Assembly (NCBI GenBank): GCA_044892525.1
Contig: CM097885.1
Coordinates: 28,398,001-28,462,000 of the forward strand
Length of the DNA: 64,000 nucleotides
Direction of reading: 5' to 3'
Source of the DNA: Schmidtea polychroa
Lineage: Eukaryota
How positions within the stretch are numbered: position 1 is the first letter of the stretch; the number at the start of each line of letters is the position of its first letter. Positions 14,262 to 32,099 of the stretch are shown in pieces. Under the pieces are notes generated by a model, which was given only the letters and a program-made list of their open reading frames with translations, was not told the origin of the DNA and ran no database searches. The translations under genes and the position numbers were made by a program.

Positions 14262-15318
14262 TTCAACAACAAACCAACAACTTAGTACCAACAACCAGTA
14301 ACTTATGAACATGTATTAACAACCAGATACCTACAACTAGTTACTAACAACCAGTTACCTGATACCAGATACCTACAACTAGTTACCTGATACCAACTAC
14401 TAACAACCACCTACCCATTAACTAGCTACAACCAGCTAACAACTAGATACCACGTACTAAATAACTCTCAAACAACCAAGTACTTACAACTAATTACCAG
14501 ATACCAAGTACTATCAACCAGCTTACAACCTGATACCAACAACTAACAACCAACTACCAAGTACTTACAACTAGATACTAACAACCAGTTACCTGATACC
14601 AAGTACCTACAACTAGATACCACGTACTAAATAACTCTCAAACAACCAAGTACCTACAACTAATTACCAGATACCAAGTACTATCAACCAGCTAACAACC
14701 TGATACCAACTACTCACAACCAGATAACAACTAACAACCAGATACCAAGTACTTACAACTAGTTACTAACAACTAGCTACCAACTACTAAGTACTAACAA
14801 CCAACATCAACCAGGTACTAAGCATTATCAACCAAGTACTAACAACTAGATACCTAGTTACAAACAACCCGCTAACAACTAACAACTAGATACCAAGTAC
14901 CAGTAAATTACGAACATGTATTAACAACCAGATACCTACAACTAGTTACTAACAACTAGTTACCTGATAGCAACCAACTAGCTACCAACTACTAAGTACC
15001 TACAACCAACATCAACCAGGTACTAAGCATTAATTACCAACTACTAAGTACCTACAACCAACTAACAACCACCTACCAAGTACTAAGCATTATCAACCAA
15101 CTACTAAGTACCTACAACCAACTAGCTACCACCTACAACTAGATACTAACAACCAGTTACCAACTACTAAGCATTAATTACCTACAACTAGTTACTAACA
15201 ACTAGCTACCAAGTACATACAACCAGACACTAAGCATTATCAACCAAGTACTAACAACCAAGTACAAGATACCTAGTACTGTCAACTAGATACCAAACAC
15301 TTACAACCAGATGACCAC
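14262..15318. repeat. C/A-rich mosaic array of short words (CAACTAG, ATACC, AAGTACT, AACAACC)
   Basis: Direct reading; strongly G-poor on the + strand; mirrored at ~23455-24505. Confidence 0.85.
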
Positions 15319-15675
15319 ATTATTGGTTAAATATGAAAATAAGGGTTATAATTAGTTGTTTAGTAAATTATGGTGTAAAATTAAGTAATAAAGCATAAAT
15401 AGGTAAATTAAGGATAAGTAAATTAAAGTTAAAAAATTAAATTAAAGTTAATTAAGGTCCAAATTTTAAAAATAAGTAATCAATGTTCTAAAAAATTAAA
15501 TTAAAGTTAAATAAGTAAATTAAAGTAATAATTTTTAAAGAATTTAATTAAAGTAATAATTTTTAAATAAGTAATGTAATAAGTAAATTAAAGTAAGATT
15601 TTTAATTTTATTATCAAAAGATTGAATAACCACCAACTTTTTTGAGAAATGTAATTTATAATGAAAATTTAAATG

Positions 15676-15800
<125 letters not shown>

Positions 15801-18019
15801 CAACAGTTACCAACAATCGGTTACTGATTATTTTTTAACTAGGTGCTAACAAATACTTACAACTAGATACCACGTACTAACTAACTCTCAAACAACCAGA
15901 TACTTACAACTAACTACTAAATATTCTTCACTGTATTTTATGAAATGCTTTTTAAATTAATATTTTTTATACAGCTTCTATAATAATTTTAATTACAATC
16001 AGTAGAAAAACCTTTTCAAAATGTCTAAATTTAACAAAAATGTTGATTTTCATCAAAAAACCACAACTCAACCACTTTAAAACACCACGTGGAATTCAAA
16101 ATAATTACAATGAAAGACTAATGAATTCTAATTTACAAAACATTCTTCTTTTAAATGATAACTTATTATTGCAAAGTAAAAATCACATTCAATAAATACT
16201 TATTATTGATCAGTTTTATTATATATACTCTGAGTTTATCCGACAGGATGTTTTGACCCCCTAAGGGTACAGGTCGTAAGGGTATTAGTCGTAAGGGTAC
16301 TGGTCGTAAAGGTACTAGTCGTAGGGGTATTGGTAACACTTAACCACAACCTACCCATTAACTAGCTACTAAGTACTAACCACTAGGTTTCAAACAACAA
16401 CTACTAACAACCACCATCAAAACCCATCGAGAAATTAACAAATATCAACCTACAACTATATAACAATCAGTAAACAACACTGTACCAACTACCAAATACA
16501 AGATACCAACAACTTAGTACCAACAATCAACTAACAACACATAAAAATAATAGCAATTAAATACAAAATATTCTTCATCGCATACACTATTTTCTTATCA
16601 AAATCTAAGAAGTCAATCAGATACCAACTACCAAGTACCAAGTACTAACAACCAACTACCTAGAACCAACAACTATGTACTAACAAATTGATCTTTAAAA
16701 GCAAATACTCTTCACTTGAAAAATTGGATGAAAAATTATTTGAACTCAAGGCATCAATAACTTGGTAAAAATTGATTAAATAATTGTAAAAATTTAAATT
16801 ATTCAAAATAAATATCATAAAAATTTAATTAATGGACAAGAAAAAATTCTAATCATCCAATAAATAAAAAAAAATGCTGATCATTCAAGTTGAATCAACT
16901 AAGATAATAAATTAATAAGATAAGATCTAGTAGATAATTGATTAAGATTGAATAAATTAATTTAAATAAAATTAAATTTAATTATTTTTGTAAAAGTAAT
17001 ACATGTACTCAAATTGATTGACTGATTTCTCAATATATTCAAAAAAATCAGTATAAATTCATTACAATTATCAAAGTCAGCAATCTACAATAAAAATAAT
17101 TATCATAAAATTCCAAAAGAGACTAGATAACTAATGATAACATCTAATAAACCAGTAAATTTATTTAAATGACAATAATTGGTATATCCTAGTGAATTCT
17201 CCAATTTCTCATTTCCTCCCAAATATATCAATATGTAAAGATTAGTATTGTAATGATAAATACTTGTTAAAGATCATATATTCACCTCAAACTAACAAGA
17301 TTCCTTAAAATCCCCTTAAATGACTATATTTCTACCCTTAATTCATATTATTACAAATATTTCACTAAAATCATCTAAAAAGCATCAAATTTCCCTGAAA
17401 TAACTCTATCTTTTAAGATTGATATTTTAATGATAAGTACTTGTTAAAGATCATATATTCCCCTCAGACTAATAAGATTGCTCAAACTCCCCTTTAAATG
17501 ACTATAATTCTAACTTTAATTCCTATTATCATACATGTTTCACTATTGATAAAACCGGTTATAATTAACTTTTTGTTAATCACTGTACTCGAAATTTAAA
17601 ATAAATATAACTGACTAGGTCCCATTAAAAGATTAAATTTATCCATTCAATAAAATATATTTCTTCAAATGATCATTTTTACCAATATTCAACCGATTTA
17701 ATTACTAATTAAAATCAAGATTTCTTCCAATAAAGATCAATTTTATTTAGTCGATGTTTTAAGTCCATATTTCTAAACTTTTGTCATTCTCCGCCTAAAT
17801 AAAGATAAAAATAAATTAAAGTTGATATCAATCCCAATTATCTGTAAAGATTTCATTGTCAAAACCAAGTAAATCGATCATTATCCCTACTTAATAAAAC
17901 ATTGTTCTAAATTAATTTACTGTGCATTAATCACAACCTAATAAAACGATATAATTATTATTGATTCATAACTGACTAATGTATTGCAATTTCCTTAAAA
18001 AAACATTGATATTTTACCA

Positions 18020-18370
18020 ACATCACCCTTAAAAAATCATATATTCCCATCGAAACCCTTCCCTCATTAAAAGCAACCGACTATATCTCCCTTACAATAA
18101 TATATTCCCATCTTAACCCATCTCACATTAAATCTAACCGACTATATCCCCTTAAAAGATCATATTTTCCCCATCTTAACCGATCTCTCATTAAATCTAA
18201 CCAACAATATCCCATCTTAACCGATCTCTCATTAAATCTAACCGACTATATCCCTTTAAAAATCATATATTCCCATCTCTCATTAAATCTAATCGATAAT
18301 ATCCCATCTTATCCGATCTCTCAGCAAATATTTCTACCCTTTTAAACATCTATCCGATTATATCCCTTAA
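18020..18370. repeat. Tandem repeat CCCATCTTAACCGATCTCTCATTAAATCTAACC-like (mirror ~20405-20750)
   Basis: Direct reading. Confidence 0.8.
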
Positions 18371-19940
18371 TTTCCCTAAAGATTCCACCCACTTGAACCC
18401 TTTAATATATATCAATCCTCTTAATATCCTTAGAGAACTTCAAAAAGTATGAATTTTCATAAACTGTTAAAGACACCAGGCATTCTTCCATTGAAATAAT
18501 TTAGAAGCTAAATAATAAGAGCCCACTAAAAGATCAAAATTTACTAAAATTTTCTACAAATATTTACCATCAAATACTGGAGATGATATATATTGATTGA
18601 TCATAATTCTTCATCGATTCAACCAATCATTTTCAAGCAATAACAGCAAACTAAATTTCTGTATATCCTACAATAATTATCAAGTAAATTTAAAGTCATT
18701 GATAAATATTCTTAGAAAATTATTGAAAAAAATTATCTAGTCAAATATATTACAAAGTTATCATCAAAAATTTATTCTATCACTTAATTATTAACCTAAT
18801 TGTCAATGAAATTAATTTTTATTTAATAAACTAGTCGTGGCTTGTTACGTAATAAAATAGTTTAAATTACATATCCTTCTCACTTATATTCCACCGATTC
18901 TCATTATCCCACTATTTAATCTCCTATATTCCCCCGATTCTCCATTAATTATTCACTTATATCCCCTTTATTTTCCACTAATTATTCACTTAAAACATCC
19001 CCACAAATATTTGTTTTAAAAGTTTTTTTTTTATTAAATTTATGAATTTTATGAAATAATTTTAAATAAATTCAATTAATATACTTCCATTCTTATCCAC
19101 CTTCTTCTTATCTATGCCACTTCTCATTATCTACCTCCATTAATGGATTATTCTACCAATTATTTTCACCCATTTGAATCGAGTAATGAATAATTTCCTC
19201 ACTTTAATGAAGATTCTTACCACCTTCATTGCTAATTTTATCAAAATTTAAAGAATATTTCTCTTTACATTGCTTACCACTTTAGATTTTTTATCGAAAT
19301 TTGCGATAATTTGACTAATTCAATGATAAATGAGTTAATTAATATATACTCTGAGTTTATCCGACAAAATATTCTGTCCCCCTATGGGTATTGCTCACAA
19401 GGGTACTACTCACATTCAACATGTCGCAAGGGTATTAGTCGTAAAGGTATTTAATGTTTTTATTTGAATTTAGACAAATTTGTTGTTTAAGGTATTGATA
19501 ATTTTTTAGAGTTGATGGTTTTATTCAAGTAAATTTCTATCATTTTTATGAATTTCTATCATTTTTTGTAATTTTCTATTATTTTCATGAATTTCCGTAC
19601 TTTTTTGTGAATATGCGTAATTTTTGTAGATATCTATCATTTTCATGGATTTCTAACATTTTTGCAAATTTCATGTTTATTGAATGAATATTTAATAATT
19701 TCTTGATAATTGGATGTATTTTTATTGACTTGTTTTTTTTTTTTTAATTTTAAATAAAAATTATTTTCAATGAGGTTAATAATTAGAGATTTTACAATAA
19801 TGAAGTGGTAGGATAAATTTTTATGAGGATATTGAATAATTTTCTAAGAATTTCATGTTGACTGATTAAAAGTTTTAATGGTGATAAATTTAATTGATAA
19901 ATTTAGTTAATTTCTTGATAATTAGTTGTATTTTATTGAA

Positions 19941-26743
<6,803 letters not shown>

Positions 26744-27479
26744 GAAGTGTATATCAAACACCACTCAGATACGTTTGTATAATATAAGAAAAAATCAATA
26801 ATCTTACACCATTAAAATATACATGCTTACTTTGATTTAAAGTTGATGTTCTCATTAATAGTGCAATGAGATATAAATTACACTATCAAAATTTAAAAAA
26901 TAGTAGGAAAATTAAATATTGCACACAAACACAACACATACTAAAAAACATGCAACCTTTCAATATATAGAAATGCACCACTCAGTTTCGAAAAATTTAA
27001 AATTTCTATAATTTCAAATTATTTTATTATAAAAACTTTTTTCAATTTTCACCACTGATTTCTTTTCAATTGACATTTTATTTTTTAAAAACTTGGCTAT
27101 GAATCAATCAAGATATTGATGTTTTTTTATATCTTTACTGATTCATAGTCAAGTTTTTTAAAAAATTATTTTATAATTATAATGAATACTCAAAATTCGA
27201 AAATAAATACTTTATCTTAAGAACCTGTCATCTTATAGCAGCAATAAAATAGTTTACTTTTGCCCTGCAGAAATTATGGAATATTTATTTATTAAATAAT
27301 TAACATTAATTCATTTATTTTCAGTACGATTATAGATAAAAGAAATTGTTTGTATGTAAAATAAATTTTCGGCACTGCCTTTTTCAAATGTGAATAAAAA
27401 TATAAAAGATTTTGCTGATAATTAATATTATGAATTATTTGTGATTATGATATATTTTTATTTCAGCATTAAAGGTAAT

Positions 27480-27480
<1 letters not shown>

Positions 27481-27563
<83 letters not shown>
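27481..27563. repeat. (TTA)n microsatellite
   Basis: Direct reading. Confidence 0.95.
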
Positions 27564-27567
<4 letters not shown>

Positions 27568-27856
27568 CTTTATTGCTATTAATAATTATATTATCTTATT
27601 CACAATAATTGAAATTGAAATTAAAGCCTTTTTTGAAATTGCAAGTGACACTTTTCTTCAAATCAGAGTTATAACGTAAATTAGAGAAATCTTTAGTTGA
27701 ATTTCTGTTGGATTTTATAATTAATTTCAATTTTATCCAGTGAAATTAGAGATAACAACAAACGAGATATTTCTACTTATATTTCTACTTTATTCATGAA
27801 CAAAATTGGCCTTTACTTAGAAAAACATAAAAAAATTTCTCCTTCTACATAACTCA

Positions 27857-29445
27857 CAGGGATTGCAAATTTCGAGGAAAATAAAAAAATCGGAATTCGA
27901 AATTCGAAAGTTAAATATATTTCGGAATTCGATCGAATTCCGAAATATTGTAAATTTTTTAAAATCTATACAAATAATAAAAATAACTTATTTGAGATAA
28001 TTTATTGTTATATATTGCATAATATTACTTTTTTTAAAATAAAAATGGAACATAAAATTATATCATTCAAAATGTAATATAAACATGAATGTATTGTACA
28101 CAAATTCAATTATTACATAACAATATAATAATAGTTAAAAATATATTATTTAAAATGTTATATAAACATAAAATTATTGTACAAAAATTCAATTAGTACA
28201 GAAAAATTCTAATATGGCATATCATTTAATAATAAAAAATATAAAATTATTCTTGTGTTTGCCTAAAATATGCTTTAAGAAAGCAGAGATCACTTAAAGA
28301 TGTGTCTCCGAGTCTCGATCGAACTTTTGTACAAAAGATACCTGCAATTGAGAAGGCTCGCTTGGACTCCACGCTCGATGGAGGAATCAAAATCAAAAAT
28401 GAGTAGACAGACTCTAATATTTTGCCACGAACGCCGTTTTCTTCAAAGAATTTCATTTCAGATTTAATTTTTGAAATTAAGATCCGATTTGCTATTTGTT
28501 GAGTTTTGCTGGAATGTATGTTAGACGATAAATTCAATTGAATTTTGTTCTGCGACTTTTGCATTAACGACTGGGGATTGGTTTGTTCTTCCGACATCAC
28601 CTCTTCACATCTTCTGACTGCTCACCTGAGGAAGTTTCCATGTTAGTGTTAAATATCAATCTTTGTGCAAAGCTTTCAATAACTTTGGCTATTGCATTTT
28701 TCAATGTTCGTCTTTGGGTTATTCGGTTTTCTAATTCGTTCTTCAATTTTAATGAAAGTTCATCAGATCCCAAATTTTCAAGCATAAAAGACAATGCCGC
28801 ATCAGCAGAAAGCAGATTTGCATCTTCTCGACAAAGGGCGTCAATAGTAAGCTTCACTGGGAGAAGTGCAGAGATCATGTTGTTAATCGAGAAAATTTCA
28901 GCATCTAGAATAACGATATCAGACTCAATGTCAATCAATGCCTTTCTAACACAGCTTTTTAGTTGGTTAAATCTTTCAAGCATTTCGACTAAGCTATTCC
29001 ATCTAGTTCTAGTGTTCATAATAAGTTTCAACTCTTTTCCAAATTCTTGTTTCACGTATACTTGAAGGATATCATTCGATGTTCTCGAAAAACGAAATTT
29101 CTTTACAATCGAACGAACTTTTTTGATGAGAAAACCAAATCCAAATTCTTCAGTCTTAACATGCTCAGCTTCAATATAAATTTGTTCAATCAAGCCAACA
29201 CTTTCATCATCAATGTATTCCTCATCCTCTGATTTCTCGAAGTCACTTCCTTGTTCTTCTACGCTAACATTTTCTGTATCTGTGTGAGCCACCAATTCAT
29301 CAGTTGTATTCGAATTATTATACAGAACATTAACTACAGCTAAATATATCGCGTGTGCAAAGCACAACTGTTGATTACATAGTAAAAGCCGCCCAACCTT
29401 TTGCATCACAGCTGCCCCATCAGTTGTTATGGACGTAATATCTTT
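27857..29445 (-). mobile_element. 3' portion of hAT transposon interrupted by the Polinton
   Basis: Terminus CAGGGATTGCAAA at 27857 followed by TTCGA/CGGAATTCG subterminal repeats; transposase on the minus strand. Confidence 0.75.
28247..29445 (-). pseudogene. hAT transposase, central and C-terminal part (frameshift near 28600)
   Basis: ITTDGAAVM, CFAHAIYL, TRWNS and the hATC motif PPSSVESKRAFSIAG...KVRSRLGD...CFLKAYF. The first ~16 aa of ORF 28597-29493 are Polinton TIR sequence, not transposase. Confidence 0.9.
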
Positions 29446-30238
29446 AGTAGTGTGGTTATATACCCAACCAAAACAGCCCTCCCAACCAAACATGCCTCCA
29501 AATCACTTAAGCTATTAGAAAAACAACCTAAAACTTATACTTTTATAGTATTTTAACCCTATATTTTGAAAACAACCACCCTTAATGACTCTAACTGTTT
29601 TAATCTTTAAAGCCTCAAACTCAAAAGCTTTTTTTTTTCACTGTCCTCTCAACAGTTTTTTTGATCCGGATCATTTTTTTTTTTATTTCAACCTCTTTCG
29701 TTTATCAAATCTCTTCCAATATACAAGCTGGCCAGACTCATACATCAGAATCAATCCGATAATAGCAGCACGCCTTATTATTCGCTTCTCGCTCACGAAG
29801 TCGATTTCAACGGCGTTTTAAGCGTGCTGCTCGAAAGTACAAATGAATTCGAAAGCGAATCCGAAAGAGGTCCGAAAACAACTGAGAAATAAATGTGCAC
29901 ATTACCGGGATCGATCCGGGGGTGTTCGAAAGACAGGTGGCGATAATTACCGGTTCGCCACCATCACCCGTTTCAATATTTTTTTTTTCATATTTGTGTT
30001 TAAAAAATAATTAATTAATAAAAAAATAAAATAAAATAAAATAAATAAAATAAAATATACAAGTACTTTATAAATCTAAGATACCCACACTATTTTCAAT
30101 ATTATTTTCAAATTTTTAATATTATTTTATGTTGAAAAAAAACTAACCTCAGATGTGATTTGAACCACTATCCATTTGAACCACTGTGCCAGTCTATTCC
30201 CACTGCGCTATCTAGGATTGGATTTTTGTCATTTTTTA
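29446..30238 (+). repeat. Polinton left TIR (~790 bp; lacks a ~190-bp segment present in the right TIR)
   Basis: Reverse complement of 43210-44188 except ~43815-44003. Confidence 0.9.
30146..30217 (-). ncRNA. tRNA-like Pol III unit in left TIR
   Basis: Minus strand TCCTAGATAGCGCAGTGGGAATAGACTGGCACAGTGGTTCAAATGGATAGTGGTTCAAATCACATCTGAGGT: A-box TAGCGCAGTGG, duplicated B-box GGTTCAAAT, T8 terminator (30135-30142). Confidence 0.5.
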
Positions 30239-30464
30239 TACTATAAATAATCGATTCAAGTTCTTTAACTCTTTCCTGTAATTGTTTCATTTTCTTCAAT
30301 CTTATATCAGCAACATCTACAGCCTTCATATAAAAATGTCGATACTTTTCATTATCTACCATCAACTCTTTGATGTATTCTAATGGTTCTTCTTCTCTTC
30401 TTTTCATTCTCTTATGTTTAACTTCATTCAATTCATTTCTCATTCTTTCTTTTAACTCATCCAT
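30168..30464 (-). CDS. Small charged coiled-coil protein of unknown function (Polinton accessory)
   Basis: 98-aa ORF with AAAATG start context, E/K/R-rich helices; C-terminus runs into the TIR. Confidence 0.5.
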   Translation of the reverse strand: MDELKERMRNELNEVKHKRMKRREEEPLEYIKELMVDNEKYRHFYMKAVDVADIRLKKMKQLQERVKELESIIYSIKNDKNPILDSAVGIDWHSGSNG

Positions 30465-30634
30465 TTTTATAAATATTTTTTTATTGGATATATTAATTTT
30501 TGGTAGCTTAAGTTAAAACGTTTTTGATCTTAAATTTCCAAGAGTTGCCGTTGACCAATCTCCTTAAAAATTTGTACAAGTACTAAATCGAGTATGCTGA
30601 TCAATATTTCGTTAAAAAAAAATTTGAAAAAAAA

Positions 30635-30707
30635 TGACCGAAATGGGATTTGAACCCATTGGTATTGGCAATGCAGTCGAGTGCTATTACCACTAAGCTA
30701 TTAGAGC
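30635..30707 (-). ncRNA. tRNA-Cys(GCA)-derived Pol III RNA / tRNA-like gene
   Basis: Minus strand GCTCTAATAGCTTAGTGGTAATAGCACTCGACTGCATTGCCAATACCAATGGGTTCAAATCCCATTTCGGTCA (73 nt): A-box, D-arm, CT-GCA anticodon loop, perfect T-arm ATGGG-TTCAAAT-CCCAT, T8 terminator. The 3' strand of the anticodon stem does not pair. Confidence 0.7.
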
Positions 30708-30829
30708 TATACTCAATATAAAATAAGTTGTTAATGTGTGACTATTTATTGATGAAATTAATAATTAATTATTCATTTTCTCGACAACTACCACTCAGAT
30801 CCATCTGAAAATTTAAATATATACTAAAA

Positions 30830-32070
30830 TCAGTACGCTGAATCAGATTCCGTTGAAAAAAAATATCCCCCCCCAACTCTCCCCAACTTCAGGATCTATT
30901 GCAAACTTAAATCGTAGGGGTGATATAGTTTTTCAATCTCTTCAAACATCAAACCCTATAGATATTTGTAATGCCAAATTATATTATAAAATCGAATTAG
31001 AAATTGAAGCAAACAAAGATATAACCCTAGAAAATAATTTCTTTCCAAATTTATTCTCCAACATGAGATTAAAACTAGGATCATCAGAAATTGAAACTGT
31101 TTTGCATCCGGGAGTATATTCTACAATCTTAAATTTTATTTTGACTGGTTGTGATTATAAAAACTAATATGGTGAATTAACAGGTTGGATTCCTGATGTT
31201 AATAAAGGGGATTTAGATAAAGATGGTTTAGATGTAAACCATGGTTACCATAAAAGAGCTGAACTTTATAAATCTAAAAAATTTGAAGGTTATTTTGAAT
31301 TAAAACACTTGTTTGGATTCCTTCAAAACTATAATCGTATACTTCATAATGTTTTTATAGAATTCATCTGTAATAGAGTAGAAGGTGATAAAAGATTGTT
31401 CTATGGAGCTGTAGATACAAAAGCTAAATTAAAATTATCAACACTTGAATTACATATACCTGAATGGACATTAAACCCACATTCTGAGATTAAACTCCTT
31501 GAAAGATTAAATTCCAACAAGTCTATAAATGTAAATTATTTAAATAGAATCTGTAGTGAATTTAGTATGACAGAGGGTTCAACATATTCTATAAAGGTAG
31601 CAAATTTAGCATACCGACCAAGATATATCTTGATTGGATTCAAAGAAGTAGATTCATCTTTCCAAAAAAATAACAACTTGTTTATTCAAAAGATTGGAGT
31701 TGATAATTTAAAAACAATCCAAATTCAATTAAATAGTTCTTATTATCCAATAAATAGAATGGAATTTAATATTGAAAATAATGAAAACATATTCCCATAT
31801 CTAAATTATATTGAAACATGTTATGATTTCAAAGTTGAACCGCAATTAAGTTTAGAAGATTTCAAAAATTTATATTCTATATTTTGTATAAATGTTTCAG
31901 ACCAAGATGATCGCCTAGCCATAAATAATGTTGATGTTACACTTCATGTAACAAAGGATTCTAATTTTAAAGCTAAAGTATATACATTAATATTAGAAGA
32001 AAAGAAAATAGAAATGAAATTATATGGTGGAAAGATTTCAATAATCGAAAATGTTAGGGGAGATTCTTGA
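30830..32070 (+). pseudogene. Double jelly-roll major capsid protein (hexon-like), with one in-frame TAA at 31165-31167 and a probable 5' frameshift
   Basis: ORFs 30853-31167 and 31309-32070 are in the same frame. Read-through gives YGELTGWIPD...NHGYHKR...LKHLFGF, plus NFFPNLFSNMRLKLG, RPRYILIGF, QLNSSYYP, YSIFCINVS typical of Polinton MCPs. Confidence 0.8.
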
Positions 32071-32099
32071 TATAATCCCTGATATTTTAACATTTTAAA

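Noticed and set aside
29585..29821. ORFs inside the TIRs (also 43350-43870)
   Set aside because: Frames differ between the two TIR copies; low complexity.
30635..30707. Functional tRNA-Cys
   Set aside because: Anticodon stem cannot pair and the acceptor stem has mismatches; kept only as tRNA-like.
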